64,000 nucleotides of DNA, taken from assembly GCA_951406725.2 (NCBI GenBank), contig OX597829.1, forward strand, positions 13,578,001 to 13,642,000, in the 5' to 3' direction. The translations under genes and the position numbers were made by a program. Shown piece by piece: positions 29,301 to 42,403 of the stretch; position 1 is the first letter of the stretch, and every line of letters starts with the position of its first letter. The notes below the pieces were generated by a model. That model ran no database searches and was not told where the DNA came from. It worked only from the letters and a program-made list of their open reading frames with translations. This DNA comes from Octopus vulgaris (Eukaryota).

Positions 29301-30529
29301 TTTGAAAAAACGCTATGAAAAAAGATCGTTATAGAAAGGGAAATTACTGTTAATTCGAATGACCGCTAATTAAGATAAGGTTAAAAGTTCGTAGTAAACA
29401 CGTAAGCATGCCTGTTCATACGTATACATGCGCGCTCGCGCGCCCATGTGCGTTCGTATACATCACTATGAAAACGTACGCATCTTCACTCGCATTTTTC
29501 GCCAAATGTATATGCATACATATACAAACTCATACACACACATGCGCACCGTAAAAGTGCATACATACGTCTACAAGAAAAGACAGGGTTAAGGGTAACA
29601 ATACAGAAAAAAAGGCATAAGGGAGTATACAAAGAGTAAACCACGTTCATATACGGACATACCCTTATGCACTCATACACACACACGCTCATATATGTAC
29701 ATACCCGCACATATTTATATACGCATACACACACACGCACAAAAAGGATTATACATACGCCCAAAAAAAACTTGAAAAATTGTAAAAATACTGAGTGAAA
29801 ACGTCTATATGTATATATGTATTCTTTTGCTCGCACACACGCATACGTCTATATACATACATACCTGCACACTCGTACATATACACACACGCGTACAAAC
29901 GAATCCATATATACGTCTACATAGGCACAATTTCCTCTATTTACATAATATTGTGGTCTCTTTCTTTTATTTGTTATCTTACCGTTTTTACCAATATATA
30001 TATATCAAGAAACATCGATCATAGAAAAAATATTACATTCGAATCAACGACTTTATATATAGCACCATACCGCCAAACATTTGATCATATATAAATATTA
30101 CCATGGACCTTAGTGGGCCTATACCTCCTTTTGCAGATTAAGGATATTTTCCCCCTCCTCACTAGCTAGGATGATGCACTTCTAGCTGTACGTGGCCAGT
30201 CTAAAATTGCATTGAATATATTGAAGAAATCCATGAGAAGTTTCTTAAAGGATTTCTTTTATCTTAACATTATTTTTGATGTTAACTCCAAAGTGATGAA
30301 CTTCTTGGACGTTACTTTGAATTTGGATACGACTCTATACTATCCATTTCGTAAGCCAAATAAATCAATCTCGTATATCAATGTCTCCTCCAATCATCCG
30401 AAATCCACTATTGATAGCATCGTTACTGCTATCTCGATCAGAATCCGCAAACGAAGAGATTTTTTCATCAACATGCGCCTGTATACAACAACGCTCTAAA
30501 ATTAAGCTGCTTCAAAATTAAGCTGCTTT

Positions 30530-31960
30530 CTTTCAAGACCGTTCTGTATCAAACACTCAGTTCGCCAAGGGTGTCCACTCTAACCACTTTTGTATGTGAT
30601 GGCTCTTGAGCCGTTACTGCGAAAGTTGAGTGGCATCCCGAGAGAGCCAGGATATGGAGAGTTTGTTTCAGCTTATGCAGATGACATCACCATCAGCGTG
30701 ACCAAAATGGAATATCTACAAGGGGTAGGCAACGCTATTGAGGTTTACAAGACGGTAGCAGGAGCAAAGATTAACCGGGAAAAATCGGTCGTCTTGCAAT
30801 TCGGCACCTGGAGGGGCTAGTCGATGCCTTCAGACAGTGTCGTAGGACGTTGCACTGAAGTACCGGTTAAGTTGCTATGGGTTTGGTTTGATCCAGATCT
30901 CCAGGTAGAGAAGAACTGGGCCGAGGTTTCAAGCAGGGTGGCCTACTTAGTCAAGACCTGGTTTTGGCGAAGGCTATCCCTGAAAGGGTTAGCGGAGGTG
31001 GCTAATGTGTTCATCGCATCGGTCATTACCTACCGCCTAATCGTCGTTCCTTGTCCGGATTCGTGGTCGACCAAGTTGGAAAGACAGCTCTTCGACTTTT
31101 TGTGGAAGGCCACGAAGCTCTATCATTTGTCAAAAACCGTTAAAAGGAAAACTAGTGATGGCTTGGCTGTTGATGCGTAAATATGCGCTGAGGTTGAGGC
31201 ATATCTGGATTCTCCTGGATGGTGAACGGGTGTGATCTCTGCTGGCGAAACAGATGATTCCTTCGTTCGATAGTTTTTGTGGACGTGAAGACTAGGGCTT
31301 TCATAGATCAAGGTTGAGTGAGTGGCATACGGAGTGTCGTAAGACCCTCTTCCATTCCGTCGTTCGAGTAATGCCAGCGGTGGGGGTTCCACAGCATTTT
31401 TCTATAGAGGGTTAGTAGAGGATGAATGTGACGATGGCCTGGGGGAGACCCTGGGTCTCGGGTATATTCAACTTCACAGCATGTTCTTTCGTACGTTTGG
31501 GTTAAGGGTGCTGGATAATTTCCAAAAGTCCTTGTCCAGGCAATGTTACAGATGTGCCTTGTCCGTTCGGAATATGCTTGCAAGGCATTGTCAATGCGAC
31601 TCACAGCAAAGGTATTTCACTTTTCATTTGAAAAGGCTGGAGAAGAGGTATCTGTCGCAAAAAATGTTCGATAAAAGATAGAAGTATATAGTACGAGTGT
31701 TGCGAGTGGATGTAACCGTGTGAGTACGTCATAAAGTGTCTTGGAAAGGGATCAGTGGTGAATTGGGGCTCACGGTGTTGGGGTTGAACCCTAACACCAC
31801 TCCATTTCTTTTGTCTTATAAATCATTTGATTATATTACATATAAAATTTTTAAATGCATTTTTATGTTAAAATCATACCGTGTATCTGACCCCAAATCA
31901 GATTGCGCTGTCCCCATCTATGATGGCCCTTAGTGGGCAATAAAGAATCACTTTTGTATG
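30530..31960 (+). mobile_element. 5'-truncated Tx1-like LINE (RT to 3' end); a second 3' end lies at about 32130-32480
   Basis: VRQGCP, YVMALEPLLRKL, AYADD, RRLSLKG; repeated tail ggccc.tagtgggcaataaa. Confidence 0.85.
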
Positions 31961-32506
31961 TGTCCTGGCGTTTTTCAGATATTTTTGCTGTATTTAATAA
32001 GGTGAGAGTTGTTAAAGTTATTGTTAAATATATTGTTTATTTCATTGTTGGAACTCTGTGTTGATTTGTTGCTTGTTTGAAGCATTTTGTTATCCCCCCC
32101 CGCGTGGTGGGGGGAATTACTACGAACTCTGTCGGAAAAAATAATATTTTTGTGCGGCGATAGGCCAGTTAACAAATTTTTTATGATTGGCGTTTTTGCC
32201 ATTTTTTTTGTCATGGAATCGAGTGGATGAAACCATGTGAACATGTCAGAAGTACATTGCTGATACCAGTGGTGGATTGGGACTCGTAAGATCGGAGCTG
32301 AACCCAAATCACCAACCATTCGTCTTGTCTCTTGTCTTTTATTTGTTTATCATACGTGTTTATGTCTTGTATTAAATGTTTAATTGCATCTCAATGCTAT
32401 GTCATAATGTTTCATCTGACCCCTAAAATCAGGTTGTGTTGTCCCCTCTATGTTGGCCCCTAGTGGGCAATAAAAAATCATTTTTGGTTTTGTTTGAGTT
32501 TCCTGT

Positions 32507-32602
32507 TCAAGCTGATGAGGGGGTCATTGGCGAGATGCACTTTAACTGTAATCGAAGAGCGGCAATGAACTCCCGAAATGGCTATAGGTGTGTCTGACTT
32601 GA
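32507..32602 (+). ncRNA. HHR motif with long stem II, stem III degraded
   Basis: tcaag CTGATGA gggggtcattg...caatgaactccc GAAA ... cttga. Confidence 0.55.
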
Positions 32603-33058
32603 TTTTGGCCTCTAACCTACCATGACTTTATGAATTGAAATTTTTGAACGTACTCTTTTGTGTGAGGGGAGTAAAAAAGGTTTTTTTAGTCGACTGATAT
32701 TTTATTTTAGTTTATTTAGATTTTTTGTAGCATGACACGCTTTAGAATTTTTAGTCGATTATATTTACCTTTTTGATAGGCCATTCTATATATTTGTATT
32801 TTTTCTTATATATTTACCTTCTCTGTTTTTCTTTTGTATATGTATATTTTTATATATTGGAGAACCATGGTAATATTTATAGATGATCAAATGTTTGGAA
32901 GTATGGTGTTATATATAAACTCGTTGACTCGAATTTGATGTTTATTCTATAATCAATGTTTCTTTATTTCTGTCTCAATTACATTTGAACACTTCTTTTT
33001 TGCAGTCCTATAAACCCTTTTGTTTCCGTAAAAAGAGACATAAAAAATTCTTCTTGTT

Positions 33059-33094
<36 letters not shown>

Positions 33095-33095
<1 letters not shown>

Positions 33096-33260
33096 CGGGT
33101 TTCTTTCAGTCTCTGTCTACCACATCTACTCACAAAGATTTGATCGGCCTGAGGCTACAGTAGAAGACACATGGGAAAGGTGAAAAGCACCACGGTGTGG
33201 GGCTGAACCATGAACCATGTGGCTAAGAAACAAACTTCTTACCAAACACCCATGGGTGCA
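33095..33260 (-). mobile_element. SINE family A 5' half
   Basis: Reverse complement of the family A head. Confidence 0.7.
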
Positions 33261-33289
33261 CCTATATATATATACATCCAACTTAAAGA

Positions 33290-33955
33290 AAACTTTACAA
33301 CCAAAAGCCCTACCAAACATCTCCACACACAACCCTTTCAACAATGAAGCTCTCGACACCATCCTCTAAAGCATACCCGTGCTAAAAAAGGACCACAAAT
33401 GAGCTTAATCCTCCAAACACACACTATCATAGAAAGCAAGAGACAGCCCAAATCTATGAAGTCTCCTAACACAAGCCTGAATACGCTCAACAAAAACAGA
33501 AGCGTTCATAAAAAAAATGCAAAAGACCAAACTGTGGAATATGCGTCAATTTGACTGCGGGATCAGAGTTCTCTTTCAAACAGGGACAACGATTCACAGT
33601 GAAAAGCAACTTCACATGTACTTCGGAGAATCTGATATACGCACTGACCTGTTCTGGGTGTCAAGAGCAATACATAGGCCAAATAAATAACAGTCTACGT
33701 CAAAGATTGGTTCTGCACAGATCCCAGATCAAAATTGCCCCAAATTCCCCAAAATAGAAAATAGCATTCAGCCAACATATATGCGCCAATAACAAAAATC
33801 CAAGCTTCAGAATTTTTCCCCTCTACCAATTCAGGGGCGATACAACCTGGAGCCAACGAATTAGTAAAGAAACTCTCTTTATTACAAAATACAGGCCCCT
33901 TCTGAACGCGTCTACGACAAATGACCAACGACATATCCACCTCGGCCTTAGAATA
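33290..33955 (+). pseudogene. Penelope-like GIY-YIG endonuclease remnant
   Basis: FTCTSENLIYALTCSGCQEQYIGQ...LRQRLVLHRSQI. Confidence 0.85.
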
Positions 33956-34109
33956 ACAAAAATACACACGCAAATATTAAAAATGATACACTCAAGAGAT
34001 TCTCAAGAATTCATTAAAAACATTCCCAATCACTGCTATAATCCATAACGTGCCAATTTTAAGCCCTTTGAATTCTTAGCACCTTACTACTTTCACACTA
34101 CCTACATTC

Positions 34110-34204
34110 CTTCTTCTTCTTCTTCTTCTTCTTCTTCTTCTTCTTCTTCTTCTTCTTCTTCTTCTTCTTCTTCTTCTTCTTCTTCTTCTTCTTCTTCTTC
34201 TTCC
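34110..34204. repeat. (TTC)n microsatellite
   Basis: Direct reading. Confidence 0.97.
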
Positions 34205-34360
34205 TACCAAGAATTCACAACGACCTTGAACCCACAAGAGTAAACAAGAGAGACAGAGACAGGCAGAAACAAGGAAAATGCCCCTTGTATTTGAATACTA
34301 TGCAAATATTCATTTTAAAATCTTTTCTTTTAATTTTTCCAAAATTAAATTGTTTTCCAT

Positions 34361-34408
34361 ACTTACAGTTGAAAAAGTCTCAATGACTGAAACCGGTACT
34401 GAAATGTT
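34361..34408 (+). ncRNA. Minimal type-I HHR, U3-A8 core, downstream of a PLE ORF
   Basis: cag TTGAAAA agtc-tcaat-gact GAAA ccgg TA ctg. Confidence 0.78.
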
Positions 34409-35342
34409 CTTTATAAAATCATTTTAGCATTTTCTATCTTGAACTTTTATATATATATATATATATTGTTGTGTCTGGGAGAATCATTCTCTTTTAGTGC
34501 CTTATAATTTAACACACTCACCGGTAAAGTTTCCACTCATTTACGTATTTATATTTCTAAAATTTTCGTTACGTCTTGCAACCTCTTCAATGGTTGTTGA
34601 TTCTGTCCGTTATCCGAGCTGCGTTCTTTTTGTTTGTTTGTGCGCATATGTGTATGTCAGTGTGTGTGCGTATGTGTGTATGTATGTCTGTATGTAGGTA
34701 TGTATGTGTGTATTATGTATGTATGTATGTATGTATGTATGTATGTATGTATGCATGCATGTAAGTGTGTATATGCAAGTATGTATGTGTGTGCGCGTAT
34801 TATATATGTACGTATGTGTGTACGTTTGTCTGTCTGTATTCTGCATATCCATGTTTATTTGTTTGTGTGTTTTTATGTGTGTACAGAGGTACACACACAC
34901 ATGCAAACACACACACACATAAAAACGCAAACACGAACACATAAACACACAAACAAATGAATATGCAGAATACATATATATACAAACATACATACTTACA
35001 TATATACATATATACATACGCACACACACATACATACTTGCATACACACATGCAGGCATCCTTTTGTATGCATTTCTGAGTGTGTCTGTGAGTGTGTGTG
35101 TATGGGTTTTTGTGACTATGTACTGTGTGCGTATATATGGATGCGTATCCCCATATGTGTGGATGTGTGTCTCCATATGTGTCCTTGTGTGAGGTGAAGT
35201 GTGTGTATATATGGGAATGGCTCTCAGTCTTCATTTGCGTATATGTGTGTATGTGTGCTTGTCTGTTCATATTACCTTTCATACCATTTGCCTACATACA
35301 TGCGCATATACATATACATACATACATATATATATATATGTG

Positions 35343-35382
<40 letters not shown>

Positions 35383-35403
35383 CATACATATATATATATA
35401 TGT

Positions 35404-35454
<51 letters not shown>

Positions 35455-35607
35455 GTATATATATATATGTATATATATATAACATATATATATAATGTGT
35501 ATGTGTATATATATATAATATAATATATATATATATATGAATATATATATATATGTTATGTGTAATATATATATATAAATATATATATATGTATATATAT
35601 GTATATA

Positions 35608-35650
<43 letters not shown>

Positions 35651-35758
35651 GTAAAAAGTGAAAAAACTACAGAAGGCTTAAAGGTAAAAAAATATATATA
35701 TTTGCGTCAATATGTCTGAAGAATATTAAAAAAATTTTTCTTACAATGACATAATTTA

Positions 35759-35798
35759 GAAGAAAGACCGGTTTCGCGTTTAGCTTTTCAAATTTCTT
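35759..35798 (-). ncRNA. Minimal type-I HHR, U3-A8 core, downstream of a PLE ORF
   Basis: aagaaat TTGAAAA gc-taaac-gc GAAA ccgg TC tttctt. Confidence 0.68.
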
Positions 35799-35950
35799 AC
35801 GACGTTATGTTTATGTTGAATATAGTTATCTTTATGTTTATGTTTAAAAGAGTTCTAAATAAGGGGAGGTAATGAGTGATTTCTTCCGGTGTAAGGGAGA
35901 TAATCGCTTAAAATTTTTAAAAATTGTTTTCCTTTCCCTTGGTGTGAATT

Positions 35951-36490
35951 TCACTGTATAAGTATGTTGGCATGGTTAAGTCTGGGCTTGTACTTTTCAA
36001 TGAAGAATGTTTCCTTGTTTAGTCTAATTTGTGTTGATAATCCGATAGCACATTGGTAAAATGGAAAGATTAAAAATTGTGGTCGTAGTTGCTTTGCGCA
36101 TTTCTCAATGTGCTCACTAAAAGGTATCATTCTGTATTCTGGGAATGCAATCTGTTGTCGATGCAGTGTGCATCTACGTCTGAGTGATAGTCCCGTGGAT
36201 CCCACGTAGTCTTGGCGGCAGCCCGAGCATTTTATGACATAAATTATGTTTTCAGAGGCACAAGTAAAGTTAGATTTGATCTTGAATTTCTGTCCCTCTT
36301 TAAAGAGGAATTCTAATCTTTCTAGCAGGTTTGGACATGTTGCACAGTTCGATCTACCACATTTTTTTACTTTTGCATCCGTAATTTCAGAAAACAATTT
36401 TGCCTTTGTGAGAATCTTTTTAAGTGATTTAGGTTGTTTGTAGCTTTTAATGATTTGGTGTATGTTTAGAATTTCCTTTAATTTGGGGTC
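35951..36490 (-). pseudogene. Penelope-like GIY-YIG endonuclease, 5'-truncated, ORF 35951-36397 open
   Basis: KCGRSNCATC...FTCASENIIYVIKCSGCRQDYVGST...RRRCTLH...ETFFIEKYKPRLN. Confidence 0.9.
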
Positions 36491-36559
36491 TGCATATATA
36501 TATTATATATATATGTATACATATATATATATGTATACATATATATTCCTGTATGTGTA

Positions 36560-37165
36560 TGAGGGTTGGGCCCTTTGGGTGCTTGGATAAGATGCGGATG
36601 TCAAGTTGACGTAGATTGCCTCCATGTTGGTCCTTGGTATGTTGATAGAGTATGGAGGACTGTTTTTGTTTTTGTCGTCTACTGTTTCAAACGTTCATTT
36701 ACACTTTCCGCGATGCTCTTAGACGACTCCCCTATGTATTTCATGTTCATATCTTTACAAGCCACTTCCAAGCATCTTATGCTGCAGACTACATTTCTAG
36801 TTCTACAGTTAATGCCAGGTCTAATCTTACATACCATGCAGTTATCATTGGTGCATATGGTATTTCCAAGGGGGTACGTCCTACATAGTTGTTATATGAT
36901 GGAGTTCCCTGGCTTTTCACCAGGGAACTGGTGTTGAGCTTCGTCTCCTTCAGAGCTTTCCTAAATCTACAGGCTAGTTCTGCATGGGCTGTGGCCTCTA
37001 CAAACATCACTTCTTGATATATGTTGGTTTTATACCATGCATTCATCCTGTTTACTTTGTCACAAGCTTTTTGTATTCTGTTCCAGCTTTTTCTTCTATA
37101 TCTAGGGCAGGTACCACTAGTTTCCTTACATATAATGTTATCTAACCAAATCCCAAAATGTCTCT
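36560..37165 (-). pseudogene. Penelope-like linker plus GIY-YIG remnant of a different family
   Basis: QEVMFVEATAHAELACRF..., then in another frame VVCSIRCLEVACKDMNMKYIGESSKSIAES. Confidence 0.65.
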
Positions 37166-37274
37166 GTGTGCGTATGTATATGTATATGTATATATATACA
37201 TATCTATATAAATATATATATATATATAACAAAGTTGAGTTGTGGGGTATCGCACGAGTGGAATTATATACGAA

Positions 37275-37700
37275 AGAAGGTTTGAAAATGCAATTTAAAA
37301 GATGTTTATTTACTTAACCGGTTTCACTCTTTGGAAAAGATGGTCAAAAGTAACATAGAATATTATGAATTCAAAAATTTTTTTGCATAATTGCCACATA
37401 ACATGTATATATACAGTCTTTGGTAATAGGGTCATGTTAAGGACATAAAGAAGTACAACAGTGTGATGAGAATATTTGAAAAAATGCCCATTTTTTAAAT
37501 ATTCTCATCACACTGTTGTCCTTCTTTATGTCCTTAACATGTCCTTATTACCAAAGACTGTATATATACATGTTATGTGGCAATTATGCAAAAAACTTTT
37601 TTGAATTCATAATATTCTATGTTACTTTTGACAATCTTTTTCCAAAGAGTGAAACCGGTTAAGTAAATAAACATCTTTTAAATTGCATTTTCAAACCTTC

Positions 37701-37701
<1 letters not shown>
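37275..37701. repeat. Near-perfect 427-bp palindrome (centre near 37488) with an HHR-like motif in each arm (37310-37353 -, 37622-37666 +)
   Basis: Arms are reverse complements; ttactt TTGACAA tcttt..aaagagt GAAA ccgg TT aagtaa. Confidence 0.92.
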
Positions 37702-37758
<57 letters not shown>

Positions 37759-37803
37759 TTATGAATAAATAAAAGAATGGAGTTGAACGACAAATTAACA
37801 AAT

Positions 37804-37902
37804 TTCCTTTATTTTCGACATATGTTTCGAAGGCTGCATATTCCTAATTGTGAAGGAATAAGGATTACATTATGCCGCTTTCTCATCAGGAAAAACAAGG
37901 AA
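37804..37902 (-). ncRNA. Type-I HHR, canonical core, extended stem II
   Basis: ttccttgtttttc CTGATGA gaaagcggca...tattcct/aggaata...tgcagccttc GAAA catatg TC gaaaataaaggaa. Confidence 0.78.
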
Positions 37903-37993
37903 TTTATGTCAACATCAAGATTCACAAAAACTTTTAGATGACTAGGTATCGGTTAAACGAATTATCCATAAAAAGATATTTCATTTTTCTACT

Positions 37994-38028
<35 letters not shown>

Positions 38029-38264
38029 TTTTGTGCGTGTCACTGGTGCTCCACTGCCGCTCGACAACCGGTATAGGTGTCTTTATGTTCCCGTAACTTA
38101 GTGGTTCGTCAAAAGAGACTGACATAATAAGTACCAAATTTTAAGAAACGACGTACTGGTGATGCTCCAGCATGGCCTCAATCAAAGGACTGAAACAAGT
38201 AAAAGATAAATTCATACACCTGTATTTAGAAATCATTCATGCAAATATATATATATAAATGACG

Positions 38265-38570
38265 ATGAGATTGCACCTAGAAAGTTACCCTCCCAGGCCC
38301 AAGTCCGGGCAAGGTCGTTTATGGATGACCAGCAGTCAGCCATACATACCAGCCTCATCTCTCCACACCACGGATGTTATCCAAGGGAAAGGCAAAGGTA
38401 GATACAGCTTGGCACCAGTGACATAACAACCCGTTTCTACAGCTGAGTGAACTGGAATAATGTGAAATTTGGGGCGTCTTGCTCAAGGACACAACACAGC
38501 CCGGGAATCGAACACACTATCTCAAGTTTGTGAGCCCGACGACCTAAGCACTGATCCATACGCCTTCAGT
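38265..38570 (-). mobile_element. tRNA-derived SINE family C with CORE-like body; copy at 51386-51712
   Basis: A box cagtgcttagg, B box gttcgattcc, body tgtgtccttgagcaagac; tail gggtaactttctaggtgcaatc. Confidence 0.8.
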
Positions 38571-38578
38571 TACTTGCT

Positions 38579-38617
<39 letters not shown>

Positions 38618-38767
38618 AATATATATGAAAAAATAAAGAGAGAAAAACAGAGAAAAATGCATTGGGATTAACTGCTTCACATGTTGAATATATATGTATA
38701 AATACTATCATATACACATGTATATGGATGTGTTTGAGTTTATGCGAAATGCTTATAAATTTTAATG

Positions 38768-38950
38768 TAAGGCTGTGAGTAGAACCGTTAGCACGTCGGG
38801 GAAAATGCTTAGCAGCATTTCGTCTATCTTTACGTTCTGTGTTCAAATTCATCCCTTCGGGCTCGATACAGTAGGTGCCAGCTGAGCAGTGTGGTCGACC
38901 TAATCGACATATCCCATGTCGAAATTGGCGGCCTTCCAAAAAAAATTCTA
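38768..38950 (+). mobile_element. SINE family B, diverged (another copy at about 39370-39530, minus strand)
   Basis: agaaccgttagcacgtcggggaaaatgcttagc...gttcaaatt. Confidence 0.7.
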
Positions 38951-39237
38951 GCAGTGACCATGCCGTTTTACTCCTAAGTAAAGGAATTCAATAAAACATC
39001 ATTCAAAGTATCCTTTAAAGTGGATGGAGGTTGACTCACTGCGTGAGTCCGTGTCTTTATTATTCTCGCTGTTTAGCAACCATGAGTAAAGATATTCCTG
39101 CAATAGCTATCATTTCTTTCAAGAAATCTAGGTCCAAATTCTGTCCTTTTCAGGTTAGTGTAGTGTGACTTTGACGGGGACATCCTATGTCTCCCATTGG
39201 TTTCATGGCGTATAGATGTGTTACTAAAAATATGTTG

Positions 39238-39285
<48 letters not shown>

Positions 39286-39699
39286 CTGTGTGTGCGTGTG
39301 GCTGTCTGTGCGTTTGTGTTTGTGTGCGCGTTCGCGCGTTATCATTAATTAATTTTAACAAATTTCGAGGAAGGAGTTAATCGATTGCATTAACACTAAT
39401 TGATGACTGTGTTGACGCTGGAATAATGGAAAGAAGACGTGACTTCGGCGGGATTTGAACCCAAAACGTGGAGATTCGTAACTACTTGCACCCGTAATTT
39501 AGCGTGAAATTTAAGTGCAAAATGCTTCATTTTCATTGTTTTAGCTTTACCACTTGCCACAGTATTTCCAGTTAACAATCAAGTATAAAATAATGCGACT
39601 TATACACGAATAAATAGGGAAACTGTAATAAGGCATTTTGTCTGACGTCCTGCAAATCGATCGCCTTTTCTGTCGTTATAGTTGATATATCTAGTGAAA

Positions 39700-40470
39700 G
39701 CGTGTGAAGAAGTGATTAGAGTATTCAGTGACGAGTTCGATACCCGTTGGCGCGTTATGTCCTTGAGCAAGACACTTTATTTCATGTTGCTCCAGTCCAC
39801 TGGCAAAAATGAGTTACACTTGTAATACAAAGAGCCAGCCCTGTCACATTCTGTGCAACGCTGTATTTCCCATAGACCCACATGCTCAATTTTCCCTAAT
39901 AAAGATTCTCGTACCTGTGAAGCGTTCAGCTATTTGCACGTTAATTTCACGAGCAGGCTTTTCTGTTGTTCGGGCCAACTGGAACACTCGTCGTCGTAAT
40001 TGACGCAGTGCCAGGGCATTCAGCTCACAATTTTAAGGTAGTGAGTTCAATACCCGGCGGAGCGTGATGTTCATGAGGAAGACACTTTATTGCCCTAGTC
40101 CTTTCAGATGGTAAAAATGAGTAGTACCTGTTTTTCAAGGAACCAATCTTGACACACTCTTTGTCACGCTGAATTGATTGGATTAACTGGAACCCTTGTC
40201 ATCGTAACTAAGGCTGCGCCAGGTTGTTCAGCTCATGATTGTCAGGTCGTGAGTTTGATTACTGTTGGTATGTTGTGTCCATGAGCAAGACACTTTATTT
40301 CATGTTGCACTAGTCTATTCAGCTAGCAAAAGTCAGTTGTACCTGTGCCAACTTTGTGCCAACTTTGTCATATTGTCAAAGTGCCAACTTTGTCATATTT
40401 ATTTCACGAGCAGGCTGTTCTGTTGATTGGATCAATTGTAACCCTCGTCTTAATCAACGGAGTGCTACTT
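39700..40470 (+). mobile_element. Three head-to-tail diverged CORE-like SINE units
   Basis: Repeated gagttc(g/a)atac...tgtcc(t/a)tgagcaagacactttat...actggaac(a/c)ctcgtc. Confidence 0.75.
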
Positions 40471-40681
40471 GATATACCTAAACGTATTTCTGAGTGCTTT
40501 GTTGTTGTTCAATTAAAAAAAAAAAGAAACAGCGCTCAATTTGAACGAGAGCAAGTATTCAACTACAAACTTTTTATGTGCCCTTAATTTTTCTTATTAA
40601 TTTTCACTACGGTGAGAGGTTTGGCTGTTATTACGGGAAAACTGATTGATCGAACATAGTGAAACTCACCTGCTGTTAACG

Positions 40682-40728
<47 letters not shown>

Positions 40729-41368
40729 CGTGTATGTGTGTTTAGTTACATGTACCGAGATATATCTCTTATTGATTGGATAGTAGGTGAGGCGTAACGT
40801 GAGCATGATAGATTAGCAACCACACTCGCATGCAACGAAAACTATACCATTTCATTTTTATCATACCTATCCGAGATTTTCAAGCTGTTTTTTTTTTTAT
40901 AATGTAAGTTTTTTTAAAATTGAAATACATAAATAAAAATACGATAAATTGAATTTTCTGTTAAGACTACGAAACAATACATCAACACACACATACACAC
41001 ATACATATGTATATATGTGTGTTGTGTGTGTGCGTGTGTGTGTGCGCGTGCGCGCGTGCGTGCGTGTGTGTGTGCGCGTGCGCGCGTGCGTGCGTGTGTA
41101 CGCGTGTGTGTTGGTCCCCCACTACCGCATGACAACCAGTGTTGGTGCGTAAAAGGATACCAATTCATTCGAGTAAAAAAATTTTCGAGGACTATTTTGT
41201 ATGAGGAGAGGCTGTGTAAACCTAAGATTAACTTCAATGCATTGCAATCCGATGATGGATGAACATAAATTATATGCCAATATGCCGAAAAATAGCCGTT
41301 AGACATTGAGGTTAATTTTTCAGTATATTGTTTAATTATATAATAATTTTTTTTCTTTTGCCCGTATA

Positions 41369-41448
<80 letters not shown>

Positions 41449-41482
41449 TAAAAAATGGAGTTAACGCAGGTTTAAACAAGTA

Positions 41483-41578
41483 TTTTTACTTTCGACACAT
41501 GTTTCGAAAATTCCACTGATACTATTCAAAAGAATAAATGGTATAAACAATGCAATCTTCTCTTCGGGAAGTGAAAAA
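41483..41578 (-). ncRNA. Type-I HHR motif with CCGAAGA core, long stem II
   Basis: tttttcacttc CCGAAGA gaagatt...aattttc GAAA catgtg TC gaaagtaaaaa. Confidence 0.6.
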
Positions 41579-42403
41579 AACGAAACTCGTCAATACGACA
41601 TTTTAGCAAAAAATGATGGATTTGTATAGCGATAGACAGAACGCTATTAATATTGTTTAAAAAAACGTTATATGATATAACGTCATAAGTAGCTAACAGA
41701 AAGAGTAGGGATATTAATAGTGAATGTTAAATATAAAGGAAATTAAACTTTAAATTATATATAATGATAGAGACTACTTATATGCACTAAATGTATGTTT
41801 CTGCCAATGCTTACATCTGTATGCTCGTTCTATATAGGGGATAGAAGTACCCATTAAACTATCGGTATGTTTGGCTTCAGACGTTGATTTCTGAAGTTAT
41901 CATCAGTGCATTTTGGCGATTTAAGTAAGAGTCTTGACTGTTATTTCCAGCAGGTAGACATACTTAGCATGTCCTTTGATTAATCTTAATTCTTCAGCTA
42001 TTCAATGCGTTTTTAAATTTTGGGCCTGCAATCGCCTATATTATTGATTCTATTATTATCATTTTTAAATTGTTACAGCGTCAATGATATTTTCGCAAAT
42101 TACTTTTTCATGAATTATTAGCTCCGTATTGAAATATGTATATATAACAAGAATAATGATATTCATCACTGTGACTTTGAAGTTGCGGCCATTTAAGCCA
42201 TCCTTCCTGCATAAGAATAATAATTTAGTACTCTATAAAGTAACCCATCAGATCAAAGTAAAATTGTTTTTATTATAACCGGTCTCTAAAAAAACATTAA
42301 CACAATGTATCAATCTATCTGTGTGTGTGTGTGTTTGAGTGTGTGTGTGTCTGTGTGTGTAAGATGATAAAAGAATAAATAATAATGATAATTTTATGAG
42401 CTT

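Larger units (their letters stand above)
30005..32965. mobile_element. Penelope-like element remnant bounded by about 100-bp inverted repeats (30005-30106 / 32865-32965), interrupted by Tx1 pieces
   Basis: ORF 30212-30499 NFLDVTLNLDT..YPFRKPN..SYINVSSNHPK resembles PLE RT C-terminus; HHR motif at 32507. Confidence 0.65.
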
